DNA of 64,000 nucleotides from the NCBI GenBank assembly GCA_021158465.1, contig JAGGUN010000035.1:5669-69668 (forward strand). Reading direction: 5' to 3'. The position numbers and the translations under genes were made by a program. Shown one piece after another: positions 1 to 10,300 of the stretch; position 1 is the first letter of the stretch, and every line of letters starts with the position of its first letter. This DNA comes from a bacterium (GTDB taxonomy: Bacteria > UBP14 > UBA6098 > 4484-93). The notes below the pieces were generated by a model that saw only the letters and a list, made by a program, of their open reading frames with translations, did not search any database and was not told where the DNA came from.

Positions 1-147
1 GCCTCATTGCTGGATTGGGAGAATCTTCCTGCTGGCTCATACAGTGTAATCTGGAATGCTGATGGGATGCCGTCGGGCTTCTACTTCATAAGCCTCCGGA
101 GTGAGGCAGGGACAGGGAAAACAATGAAGGTCGTCTTCCTGAAGTAG
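1..147 (+). CDS. 3' end of a secreted protein with a T9SS type-A C-terminal sorting domain (partial, window edge)
   Basis: Frame 1 reads ASLLDWENLPAGSYSVIWNADGMPSGFYFISLRSEAGTGKTMKVVFLK*. The G-x-Y/W-x-A...PSGxY...K-x-x-x-x-K ending is typical of Por secretion tails. Confidence 0.8.
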   Translation, partial: ASLLDWENLPAGSYSVIWNADGMPSGFYFISLRSEAGTGKTMKVVFLK

Positions 148-163
148 GCATTTCCCATCCAAA

Positions 164-199
164 ATAGGGGGAGACAAGGCTCCCCCTATCTTCTCTTTA
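164..199 (+). terminator. Intrinsic terminator
   Basis: Perfect 10-bp stem ATAGGGGGAG/CTCCCCCTAT with a 6-nt loop, followed by a pyrimidine/T tract, just after the stop at 147. Confidence 0.75.
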
Positions 200-213
200 T
201 AGCAAGAAAACTG

Positions 214-241
214 TTGATTTTCTTATCTTTTACCTTATAAT
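214..241 (+). promoter_or_regulatory. Sigma70-type promoter of the ppdK operon
   Basis: TTGATT-N16-TATAAT, with a GGAGG SD before ATG 269. Confidence 0.65.
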
Positions 242-268
242 TAAAGGTCTAAACCGAGGGAGGAAAAG

Positions 269-2953
269 ATGTCAGTAACAGGTAAGTATATTTACAGGTT
301 CGGAGGTGGTTCATCAGATGGTGACGCTTCTATGAAGGATCTTCTCGGAGGGAAGGGAGCGAACCTTGCTGAGATGGCGAGGATAGGGCTTCCTGTTCCA
401 CCAGGGTTCACCATAACCACAGAGATATGTACCTATTATTATCAGCATAATAAGAGCTACCCTGAGGGTTTCCGGCGGAATGTTATGGATGGAATGAGGC
501 ACATTGAAAAGATTGCAGGTAGGAGGTTCGGCGATGCTGATAATCCTCTTCTCGTTTCGGTGCGTTCTGGTGCGAGGGTCTCTATGCCGGGAATGATGGA
601 TACGATTCTGAACATCGGTTTGAATAATGAAACTGTTTATGGGCTTATCAGGGCGACGGGTGATGAGAGGTTTGCCTACGATAGTTACAGGCGACTTGTG
701 CAGATGTATGGTGATGTGGTTCTTGGGGTGCCTCGTGAGCGGTTCGAGGAGGTTATATCCAAGAAGAAGATGGAGCGTGGGGTGACGGCGGACACGGAGC
801 TGTCGTCTGGCGATTGGAAAGAGGTTGTTGCGAGGTATAAAGAGCTTATAAAGGAGGTCACTGGTACGGCGTTTCCTGAGGATCCTGAGGATCAGCTTAT
901 GGGTGCGATAGGGGCTGTATTTGAGTCTTGGAATACCAAGAGGGCAAGAGACTATCGGCGTGTCAACGATATTCCTGATGACTGGGGAACGGCAGTGAAT
1001 GTTCAGATGATGGTGTTCGGTAATATGGGAGATGACTGTGCGACAGGTGTTGGGTTCACCAGAAACCCATCCACGGGTGAGAACAGGATATTTGGCGAGT
1101 ACTTGAAGAACGCTCAGGGAGAGGATGTTGTTGCGGGCATAAGAACCCCGCAGGCTATATCGGTTGAGCAGAAGATAGCGTCAGGTTCCTCACTTCCTGC
1201 TCTTGAGGAGGAGTTCCCTGATCTCTACCATGAGTTACTCAAGGTGAAGGATATTTTGGAGAGCCACTACCGTGATGTTCAGGATTTCGAGTTCACCATA
1301 GAGAAGGGGCGTCTGTGGATGTTGCAGACGCGAACAGGGAAGAGAACTGCCCTCTCTGCGCTTAAGATAGCGGTTGATATGGCAGAGGAGGGGCTTATCG
1401 ATAAGAAGACAGCGGTTTTGAGGGTTCAGCCGGACCAGCTTGACCAGCTTCTCCACCCTATGATAGACCCGTCAGAGAGGGTAAATGTTATAGCGAAGGG
1501 GCTTCCTGCCTCGCCTGGTGCAGCGACAGGTAAGGTAGTCTTTGATCCGGATGAGGCGGAGAGGCTTGCCGGAGATGGTGAAGATGTGCTTCTGGTCAGG
1601 CGTGAGACCTCTCCTGACGATTTCCACGGGATGGTTGTCTCTAAAGGGATTTTAACTGCTATGGGTGGGATGTCTTCGCATGCTGCAGTTGTGGCGAGGG
1701 GGATAGGTAAACCCTGTGTTGCAGGGTGCTCCGCAATCTCCATCGATTATGAGAAGGAGTTATTTACCGTAGGTGATGTTGTGGTTAAGAAGTTCGATTA
1801 TGTTACCATCGATGGTGGCACAGGTCGGGTTATACTTGGGAAGGTGAAAACCGTTCCTCCGAAGCCATCAGGCGATTTTCGGAAGCTTATGAGCTGGGCT
1901 GACTCCTTCAGGAAGATGGGGGTTCGGGCGAATGCTGACACACCTGAGGATGCGGCTCGTGCAAGGGAGTTCGGAGCCGAGGGGATAGGTCTGTGCCGGA
2001 CGGAGCATATGTTCTTCAAGGGAGATAGGATAATTGCTATGCGTGAGATGATCCTTGCCACCAGCAAGGAAGAGAGGCAGCATGCCCTTGAGAGGATTCT
2101 TCCGTATCAGAGGCAGGATTTCATCGAGATATTCCGTGTAATGGATGGACTGCCCGTGATTATTCGTACGCTTGACCCTCCGTTGCACGAGTTCCTTCCT
2201 CACAATGATGATGAGGTTCGTGAACTTGCCGAAAAGACTGGCATCCCCGATGAGAAGATAAAGAAGAAACTTCTTTCTATGGAGGAAGCGAATCCGATGT
2301 TGGGTTACCGTGGATGCCGGCTTGGGATTCAGTATCCTGAGATCACCGAGATGCAGGCAAGAGCCATATTTGAAGCGGCAGTGGAGGTCATAAAGGAGGG
2401 TAGGAAACCTATCCCGGAGGTAATGATACCTCTTGTCGGGTTTAAGGAGGAGTTGGAGCTCCAGAGGAGGATTGTTGAAAGGGTCGCCGATGAGGTGATG
2501 AAGGAGACTGGTATCAAGTTTGACTATATGGTTGGGACAATGATTGAGCTGCCCAGGGCTGCTCTGACCGCGGACAAGATCGCTGAGGTTGCTGATTTCT
2601 TCTCGTTCGGCACAAACGACCTCACACAGACAACGCTCGGGCTTTCCCGGGATGATGCTGCAAAGTTCCTGCCGCTTTACCTCGATGAGAAGATTATGAA
2701 GGATGAGCCGTTTCAGGTGCTTGACCAGGAGGGTGTTGGGCAGCTGGTAAAGCTGGGGATTGAGAGGGGTCGGAAGACGAAGCCAGACCTTGAGATCGGC
2801 ATCTGCGGAGAGCATGGCGGTGAACCGAGCTCCGTTCACTTCTGCTTTAGGGTAGGTATGGACTATGTTTCCTGCTCACCGTTCAGGGTGCCTGTTGCAA
2901 GGCTCGCGGCGGCGCATGCGTCGATACTCGCGGAAAAAGCGACAAGTAACTAA
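269..2953 (+). CDS. ppdK: Pyruvate, phosphate dikinase
   Basis: 894 aa with GGKGANL, LVSVRSGA, phospho-His motif GGMSSHAAVVAR, GIGLCRTEHMF, FSFGTNDLTQ and GICGEHGG. Confidence 0.98.
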   Translation: MSVTGKYIYRFGGGSSDGDASMKDLLGGKGANLAEMARIGLPVPPGFTITTEICTYYYQHNKSYPEGFRRNVMDGMRHIEKIAGRRFGDADNPLLVSVRSGARVSMPGMMDTILNIGLNNETVYGLIRATGDERFAYDSYRRLVQMYGDVVLGVPRERFEEVISKKKMERGVTADTELSSGDWKEVVARYKELIKEVTGTAFPEDPEDQLMGAIGAVFESWNTKRARDYRRVNDIPDDWGTAVNVQMMVFGNMGDDCATGVGFTRNPSTGENRIFGEYLKNAQGEDVVAGIRTPQAISVEQKIASGSSLPALEEEFPDLYHELLKVKDILESHYRDVQDFEFTIEKGRLWMLQTRTGKRTALSALKIAVDMAEEGLIDKKTAVLRVQPDQLDQLLHPMIDPSERVNVIAKGLPASPGAATGKVVFDPDEAERLAGDGEDVLLVRRETSPDDFHGMVVSKGILTAMGGMSSHAAVVARGIGKPCVAGCSAISIDYEKELFTVGDVVVKKFDYVTIDGGTGRVILGKVKTVPPKPSGDFRKLMSWADSFRKMGVRANADTPEDAARAREFGAEGIGLCRTEHMFFKGDRIIAMREMILATSKEERQHALERILPYQRQDFIEIFRVMDGLPVIIRTLDPPLHEFLPHNDDEVRELAEKTGIPDEKIKKKLLSMEEANPMLGYRGCRLGIQYPEITEMQARAIFEAAVEVIKEGRKPIPEVMIPLVGFKEELELQRRIVERVADEVMKETGIKFDYMVGTMIELPRAALTADKIAEVADFFSFGTNDLTQTTLGLSRDDAAKFLPLYLDEKIMKDEPFQVLDQEGVGQLVKLGIERGRKTKPDLEIGICGEHGGEPSSVHFCFRVGMDYVSCSPFRVPVARLAAAHASILAEKATSN

Positions 2954-2976
2954 CCCGAACTTAGAAAGGATAGGCA

Positions 2977-4068
2977 ATGGACAGAATTGAAAAACTACTA
3001 AAGGAGATCACAGAGATACCGGGACCGTCTGGGTTTGAGATGAAGGTAGCGGATTTTGTTGTCAGCAGGATGGAGGGGTACTACGACGAGCTTGTGCGCG
3101 ACGGTCTGGGTTCTGTCATCCTGAAGAAGTGTGGCACATCCGATTCACCGAGGGTTATGATTGCTGGGCATATGGACGAGGTTGGCTTTATGGTCAAGGG
3201 GATTACCAAGCAAGGGTTTATCAAATTCAATCCGCTCGGTGGATGGTGGAGCCACACCTTGCTTGGACAGAGGGTGAAGATTATCACATCCGATGGGAAA
3301 GAGATACTCGGTGTGGTCGGTTCGAAGCCGCCTCATGCCCTTCAGCCTGATGAGAGGAAGAAGGTGATAGAGCTTGACCAGCTTTACATCGATATAGGGG
3401 TATCGGAGGCTGACCCGAAGCTGCCGGAGAAGGTGGGGATAAAGGTGGGAGATCCGATTGTTCCTCTCTCCGATTTCCAGATTATGGCGGATAAGAAGGT
3501 TTATCTTGCCAAGGCGTGGGATGATAGGATTGGGGTGGCTGTGATGATGGAGGTGATTAGATCCCTTAAGGGCAAGGAGCATCCCAATGTTGTCTTCGGT
3601 GTTGGAACTGTCCAGGAGGAGGTGGGGCTTCGTGGTGCAACAACTGCTGCTTATACTGTGGAGCCGGACATCGCCATCGCCGTCGATGTGACTCTTTGTA
3701 ATGATACCCCAGGTATGCCTGATGCTGAGTATGCCGAGAAGATGGGCAAGGGACCATCTATCTCTGTTATGGATGGCTCGGTCATATCCAACCCATTCTT
3801 CAAGGAGCTCATTGTCGAGACGGCTGAGGAGTTGAAGATACCGTATCAGATGGGCTCGCTCACAAAAGGCGGAACGGATTCTGGAAGGATACATATCTCG
3901 AAACAGGGTGTCCCGTCAAACACGCTTTCTATTCCGACGAGATATATCCATTCCCACAATAGCATACTCCACAGGGACGATTTCGATAACCTTGTGAAGC
4001 TCATAGTCGGGGTTATTATGAAGCTCGATAAGGATACGGTTGAGAGGATTAGAACAAAGAGGAGATGA
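2977..4068 (+). CDS. M42 family (TET-like) metallo-aminopeptidase
   Basis: AGHMDEVG, KAWDDRIG, QEEVGLRGA, AIAVD, GGTD and RYIHS metal-binding motifs. Confidence 0.93.
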   Translation: MDRIEKLLKEITEIPGPSGFEMKVADFVVSRMEGYYDELVRDGLGSVILKKCGTSDSPRVMIAGHMDEVGFMVKGITKQGFIKFNPLGGWWSHTLLGQRVKIITSDGKEILGVVGSKPPHALQPDERKKVIELDQLYIDIGVSEADPKLPEKVGIKVGDPIVPLSDFQIMADKKVYLAKAWDDRIGVAVMMEVIRSLKGKEHPNVVFGVGTVQEEVGLRGATTAAYTVEPDIAIAVDVTLCNDTPGMPDAEYAEKMGKGPSISVMDGSVISNPFFKELIVETAEELKIPYQMGSLTKGGTDSGRIHISKQGVPSNTLSIPTRYIHSHNSILHRDDFDNLVKLIVGVIMKLDKDTVERIRTKRR

Positions 4069-5441
4069 GGATGAAGGATAGGATAAGAGAAGCGCTCTCG
4101 AAGGTGAAGGATGCCTTTGTAGAGGTTAGGTTTGAGCAGAAGGAGTCCAGTCGGGTGGTATTCCGTGGGAAGGTGCTTGAATCGCTAACGGTTACCATCG
4201 ATGGAGGGGGATTTGTCAGAGCTCTTGTCCCGAACAAGGGCTGGGGAATTGTAACCTTCAACAATATGGAGGAGCTGGATAAAAGGATTGAGCAGGCAAT
4301 CTCTTGCTCGAGGATAGTTGTTCCTGATGAGCCTATAAAGCTCTCGGATGTTGAGCCTGCTGTTGTTGATATTCCTGCTGTTCTCAAGAGTGATTTCAGA
4401 GGGGTTCTTCTGAGCGAGAAGAAGAAGCTTATCGAGGGATACAACGATATCTTGCTCGGGTACGATAAGCGGATCATCAACACCGCCTCTTTCTATGTAG
4501 ATGGGTTCACGAAGTGCTGGTATGCCAACACAAACGGGGCTTGCATTTACAAGGAGCGCGCTGATACGGTTGTGGCAATCACGGCGATAGCCTCCGACGG
4601 GAAAACTGTTCAACAAGCCCATGATTCCTGGGCGTCGCGCACCGACTATAGTGAGATGCTGGGGCGAGAGAAGGAGGTCGAGGATGTGGCACGGTTGTCC
4701 ATCGAGATACTTGAGGCAAAGAGTATAGAGGGTGGGAGGTATACCGTGATCCTCGACCCGAGGTTGGCTGGAGTGTTTATCCACGAGGCGTTCGGGCATC
4801 TCTCTGAGGCAGACTTCGTATACGAGAATCCGAAGGCTCAGGAGATGATGGTCATCGGCAGAAGGTTCGGACCAGATTTCCTCAATGTCGCCGAGGACGG
4901 TTCCATACCGGACCTCAGAGGGAGCATATACTACGATGACGAGGGGACAAGGTGCAAGAAGAACTACCTCATAAAGAACGGCATTCTTGTTGGTAGGCTT
5001 CATTCGAGGGAAACGGCTGGCAGGATGGGGGAAGCCACAACAGGGAACGCACGAGCCCAGGATTATGCTCACCCTCCGATTGTCAGAATGACAAATACCT
5101 TCATCGAGAATGGCGAGACTGCTGTGGATGATATGTTCTCCGACATAGAGCTGGGGGTATACGCGGTGGATGCATACGGTGGGCAGACGATGCTTGAGAA
5201 CTTCTCCTTCTCCGCTGGGTATGCGTATATGATTCGGAACGGTAAGAGAGCGGAGATGGTGAGGGATGTTGTCTTGCAGGGTAACCTGTTCCATACGCTT
5301 GCCAATATTGAAGCAGTGGGTAATGATTTCCAGTGGTCAAGGGGTGGAGGTTCTTGTGGAAAAGGAGGACAATCTGTGCCGGTCGGAATGGGAAGCCCTC
5401 ACATAAGGATCAAGGATGTCTTGATAGGGGGGAAACGATGA
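4065..5441 (+). CDS. tldD: TldD family metalloprotease
   Basis: HEAFGHLSEAD zinc motif, DDEG, TGNAR...PIVRMTNT, and C-terminal CGKGGQSVPVGMGSP. Confidence 0.92.
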   Translation: MRMKDRIREALSKVKDAFVEVRFEQKESSRVVFRGKVLESLTVTIDGGGFVRALVPNKGWGIVTFNNMEELDKRIEQAISCSRIVVPDEPIKLSDVEPAVVDIPAVLKSDFRGVLLSEKKKLIEGYNDILLGYDKRIINTASFYVDGFTKCWYANTNGACIYKERADTVVAITAIASDGKTVQQAHDSWASRTDYSEMLGREKEVEDVARLSIEILEAKSIEGGRYTVILDPRLAGVFIHEAFGHLSEADFVYENPKAQEMMVIGRRFGPDFLNVAEDGSIPDLRGSIYYDDEGTRCKKNYLIKNGILVGRLHSRETAGRMGEATTGNARAQDYAHPPIVRMTNTFIENGETAVDDMFSDIELGVYAVDAYGGQTMLENFSFSAGYAYMIRNGKRAEMVRDVVLQGNLFHTLANIEAVGNDFQWSRGGGSCGKGGQSVPVGMGSPHIRIKDVLIGGKR

Positions 5442-6745
5442 AAATACTCGATAAGGTCAAGCAGTTCACTGACAGGTTTGAGCTCTACGAATTGGCTGAG
5501 GAGTCTTACAATGTCTCTTTTAAGGGGTGGAAACTGAACGAGTCCTGTATAAGTCAGGAAGCTGGAAAATCTGTTAGACTGATAGTTGATGGCAGGATTG
5601 GGTTTGCTGGTGCTAAGGGGGTGTTCGACGAGGAGAAGCTTGTGGAGAATGCGAGGGAATCTGCGAGGTTTGGTGATGAGGTTACGCTTGAGTTCCCGAA
5701 GGAAGCTGGCTCGGCGGATGTTGTGGTCTGGGATGATAAACTGGCACAGCTCTCTCTCGAGGAGATGATGAGGGTAGGGAAGTCCGCTATGGAGCGGTTT
5801 GAGGACCTGAAAGGTAGCTGTGATTTCGAGCTCTCTCTCTCTAAGTCTATCATTCATGAGAGGATAATAAACTCCTCTGGGTTGGATGTGTCGAAGAAGA
5901 AAACGGTTTTTTCCTTTGGCTTTGAGTTGAGAAGAGTGAGGGAAAACGATATTCTGTCGCTTTGGGAACAAGAATCGACCAGTGTATATCCTGATGATAT
6001 AGCCTCGCTTATGAGCATCAAGGAGAAGAAGCTCCGTGAGAGGCTTGCACTTGCTGATAACCTATTGAGTGTCCCGAGGGGGAATATTCCTGTTGTGCTC
6101 AGTCCGAGGGGTGTTTTGGTTTTCCTCGTTCCACTCCTTTCTGGGATAAACGGAAAGAACATCTATACGAGGGTTTCGCCAGTGTGGAACAAGAAAGGGA
6201 AGCTCCTTTTTGACCCAAAGCTTTCTGTCGTAAACGATGGGATTATCTCTGGCAAGCCTTCTTCCGATACATACGATGATGAAGGTCTTCCGAAGAGGAG
6301 GACAAGCATTATAAGGAATGGAGTACTTGAGAATTTCGTTTTTGATCTGCTTTCTGCTGCCCGTGCGGACGAGCTCTCCACAGCTTCTGCCCGAAGGGGT
6401 GTCTTTTCCCAACCGTACCCCGACACCGATAACATCGTTATCGAGCCTGGGGATGTTTCCTACGAGGATATGCTCAAGGGTATAAAAGAGGGGATTTTGA
6501 TTGAGGATGTTCTCGGACTGGGACAAGGGAATGTGCTATCGGGAGACTTTTCTAACCCTGTTGGGCTCGCTTTTAAGATAGAGAACGGCGAGCTTGTCGG
6601 AAGGGTTAAGGATGCAAGTGTTGCTGGGAACATCTATGATAATTTCACCGCCATCGAGGCTATCTCTTCGGAGCAGGAGTGGGGGTATCCCTCTACCTTA
6701 GCACCCTATATGCGTCTTGATACCCTCTCTGTGGTCGGGAAATAG
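5438..6745 (+). CDS. pmbA: TldE/PmbA family protein
   Basis: DDEG and GDFS motifs, no HExxH. The start is placed at ATG 5438 (ATGA overlap with the tldD stop) rather than 5333. Confidence 0.88.
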   Translation: MKILDKVKQFTDRFELYELAEESYNVSFKGWKLNESCISQEAGKSVRLIVDGRIGFAGAKGVFDEEKLVENARESARFGDEVTLEFPKEAGSADVVVWDDKLAQLSLEEMMRVGKSAMERFEDLKGSCDFELSLSKSIIHERIINSSGLDVSKKKTVFSFGFELRRVRENDILSLWEQESTSVYPDDIASLMSIKEKKLRERLALADNLLSVPRGNIPVVLSPRGVLVFLVPLLSGINGKNIYTRVSPVWNKKGKLLFDPKLSVVNDGIISGKPSSDTYDDEGLPKRRTSIIRNGVLENFVFDLLSAARADELSTASARRGVFSQPYPDTDNIVIEPGDVSYEDMLKGIKEGILIEDVLGLGQGNVLSGDFSNPVGLAFKIENGELVGRVKDASVAGNIYDNFTAIEAISSEQEWGYPSTLAPYMRLDTLSVVGK

Positions 6746-6751
6746 CCCCGG

Positions 6752-7384
6752 TTAGCTTTTGGGTGGTTTACCCATTCTCTTTATAGCGTGCCACACTTTT
6801 ACTGCCTTGGAGCGCAGCACAGGTAGGTCTCCGTTGTTCTTGATGACAAAGTTTACCCTTCTTTTGAGGATGCTGGCGAACTCCTTGTCGAAGCCCTCAT
6901 TCTGAACGGATATTCTTGCTTCGATGTCCGAGCGGGAGTACCCACGCTCGAGTAATCTGTTTGTCCTCTGCCAGGTCGGGGCATCCACGAGGATGAGATA
7001 GTCTAGGAGTTCCATAATATCCTCCCACTTAGGCAGGAGTGCTGCGTCGATGACTGCGAGACCGGGGAAGCGGTGCGCCTCGAGGTTTGAGAGCTCCTCC
7101 TTTATCACTCGCCGGATGTAGGGATGGGTAATCTCTTCGAGATACTTGCGAGCCTCATCATCATGGAATACTATCTCTGCTATCTTCTCGGTTGATATAC
7201 TACCGTCTTCTTCCAGTATCTCATCCCCGAACCGCTCGACCAGCTGCGACTTCGTATCGGGTTTCTCGAGAGCCTCTTTACCTATCCTGTCGGCATCCAG
7301 GAGCTGGGCCCCAAGGTCCTTGAAGGTGGCTGCCACTGTGCTTTTTCCTGTCCCTATCTTTCCTGTTATTCCGACGACTATCAT
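6752..7384 (-). CDS. coaE: Dephospho-CoA kinase
   Basis: VGITGKIGTGKS P-loop, LDADRIG, LEEITHPYI and IDAALL. Confidence 0.93.
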   Translation of the reverse strand: MIVVGITGKIGTGKSTVAATFKDLGAQLLDADRIGKEALEKPDTKSQLVERFGDEILEEDGSISTEKIAEIVFHDDEARKYLEEITHPYIRRVIKEELSNLEAHRFPGLAVIDAALLPKWEDIMELLDYLILVDAPTWQRTNRLLERGYSRSDIEARISVQNEGFDKEFASILKRRVNFVIKNNGDLPVLRSKAVKVWHAIKRMGKPPKS

Positions 7385-7395
7385 ATCTTTCTCTC

Positions 7396-10300
7396 TTATC
7401 TGATGAGGGTGATTGTCCCGTTACAGACTATCTCCCCTTCAACCTCTATAGCATATATGTATAACCCTTCTGGGACTGGTTTATTATGTTTGTCGCGTCC
7501 GTTCCAGCAGCGGTCAAGGAAGTTTGAGAACCCTGTCTGAGGCGGAACGGTGCATTCCCAAATAAGCATGTTACGGAGGTTATACACCCTGATCCTCCCC
7601 TCTTTACTGAACATAAACGGGTAGCTGAAAACCACAAATTCGTTGTAGCCATCGCCGTTTGGCGAGAACGGGTTGGGGTGAACCAGGCAAGATACCCTCG
7701 GTTCGATGGTGAAGAACCAGAAGTACTCATCGTTGTTTGGGTCGCAGTAGTCGGGGGTATCGTACACCGAGAGCTGGACTTCCACTGTGTCCCCAGAACC
7801 GAAGCTCACGCCGACAGCGGGAGGGTTGAATATCAGAAGACCACCAAGCGAATCGCTCGTTGGTTGGAAGTCGAAATCCGGATAGTGATATTCCCTGCCA
7901 GCCACATGAAGCACAAACTCCCCGACATCGGCGCCTGACATAAGGTCGTATACATATATCTCTATTCTCTGCTGATCGCTTCTGACCATCATCTCTGGTG
8001 TGGGAATTCGCATCTCCGCGTAGGGCGGAGTGAAGTCCGTATAGAACTGCCAGCAGACAGGAGCCCCTGTGAGCGGATTGCCAAGATTGTCGTCGGCATG
8101 GGTGAGACAGACCGAGATTGTCTCGTTGTCTGCGAATCCACCATCGGGATGGTAGATTAAGAGAGTATCTCCTATGAATGTTATCTGTGCATCTCCCACC
8201 CTAAATGTCGCACCGTTTACTGTAAGGACAACGGTTTCCGGGTTTACCCCGTCAGGGTCTCTCAGCACCACAGCTATCGACTCATCGATGCAGGCTGTGA
8301 ATGTCTCATTCAAAGGTCTTATAACCGTTGCAACGGGTCCCCCAGGGGAGATTATGAACGAGTATATGGAGTCTAGGATGTTTGGACTGCAATAGTATGT
8401 TGTATCGAGAGTGTGTGGGTTGATATAGATTGTGTCGGGAGAATCTTCTGCCTGAACCTGAACCACAACCTCTGTTCCTCCGAACCACTCGACGCCAGCG
8501 GTGGCCGGGTCGAATGTTATGGTGTCACCTGATATACTGACCCCAGGGTCGTAGAGATGATAGGTTATTCCTCCTATTGTCAGGGTTACCGCTGATGTGT
8601 CGACGCCTGAGACAGAATCAGAGAGGACAAACCGTATTACCGGCTGAGTAGTTGATACGGTCTCGGCGGGGGCGGGCGAGGCATCGGTTATGTAAGGCGG
8701 CTCTATGTCTACAACGAACGACCAGCACAGGGGAGCTCCTGTGAGTGGATTGCCAAGGTTGTCCTCAGCTTCGATAAGGCAGACATCTACTGTCTCAGCC
8801 TCACCAAATGGCGGCTCAGGATGGAATACGAGTATGCTGTCATCTATAAAATCAAGCTCATCGTCAGATATTGTAAGATCTGTTCCTCTGACCTGAAGGA
8901 TTATCGTTGACTCATCCACACCGTTCGGATCGACAATCGAGACGGCGACCGATTCGTCGGGGCACGAGGAGATTGCTCCATCGAACGGCCTGAGAATAGT
9001 CGGGATAGGTCCTCCGGGAGAGATATAGAACGCCCAGCAGGAGTCGAGGACATTCGGGTCACAATAGTCGGGTGTATCCTCGGAGTATATGCAAACAGGT
9101 ATGGTGTCGCCTCCGACAAACGATGTTCCAACAACAGCCGGGTCAAAACAGATTGTTTCACCATCCCAGCTGATCCCTGCGTCGCCTATGTGGTAAGGAT
9201 GTCCTGCAACGGTGAGTGTGATGCCCGCCTCATTAATCCCTGACAGGGAATCCGTTATCTGAACACAGATGATAGGCTCCCTCTCATCGATATAGCTTCC
9301 AGGCAGAGGCGATTGTATGAGTATCACGGGTGGAGTAAGGTCCATTACAAAGCTCCAGGAGACAACGGATGTCAGATGATTACCGAGCGAGTCGTCTGCT
9401 GCAATGAGTGCAACACAGACGGTCTCTGCGTCGACAAACGGCGGGTTAGGTTCAAAGCGAAGGTCAGGGTATGTGAAATCGAGCTCGGGGTCTGTTACCT
9501 CGTAGTAGGCGGTATCTCGACATCCGTTTCTCGCCACCATAAGTCGAATGGTCTCGTCGATGACCGAGTCCTCGTCCTCAATAGTCATCTCGATATGCTC
9601 GGTATCCTCGCAGGCAGAATACGCCCCATCGAACGGGCGAATAATCGTCCCGATAGGTCCGCCCGGTGAGATATAGAATGTCCAGCAGCTATCGGAGCTA
9701 TTCGGGTCGCAGTAGTCGACAGAATCATACGCTACGACACACACATCAACCGTGTCGCCACCACCAAATACGATCCCTGCTATACCGCAGTCCACACTGA
9801 ACAGGGTATCTTCGATAAGCGATACCCCCGGCGAGTCGAGAGCGAATGTATCGCCGTTTATTAGGAAGAACAACGAGTCGAGGTTCAGCCAGGAGATTGT
9901 CTCGTGGAGTATTACCGAGATGATAGGTCTCGTCGACACAACAACATCCTCCGGTGCAGGTGAAAGATCGGTTATCTCGGGTGGAATCCTGTCCATAACA
10001 AATGTCCAGGAGAGAGGCGTCTCGAGCGGATTTCCGAGGATGTCGTCGGCACTCACAAGCTCGACTGTCACCGTCTCTGCATCTCCGAAATACGGATCCG
10101 GGATGAAGATGAGTACACTATCCTCGTAGGTTAGTCTGGGGTCGAGGATGCCTATTGTGTCGTCGTTGACGACGAGGACTATGGTAGAGTCATTGACACC
10201 TGTTGGATCTGTCAGGTATATTACGATATGTTCATCCTCGCAGGCAGAATGTGCACCGTCGAACGGTCGAACGATGGTCGCAACAGGACCGCCCGGCTCG

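Noticed and set aside
1868-2839. Long antisense or alternate-frame ORFs (also 3145-3894, 4185-5294, 11596-12468, 23192-23905, 57527-58426)
   Set aside because: They are shadows of well-supported genes on the other strand, with no motifs or SD and composition typical of antisense frames.
5333-5437. Longer N-termini called by the ORF track (5333 for pmbA, 36693 for the GT, 35482 for C25, 62023 for TetR, 39394 and 40689)
   Set aside because: They overlap upstream genes or promoters, or precede better starts. The downstream ATGs have SD sites, stop-start coupling or intact signal peptides.
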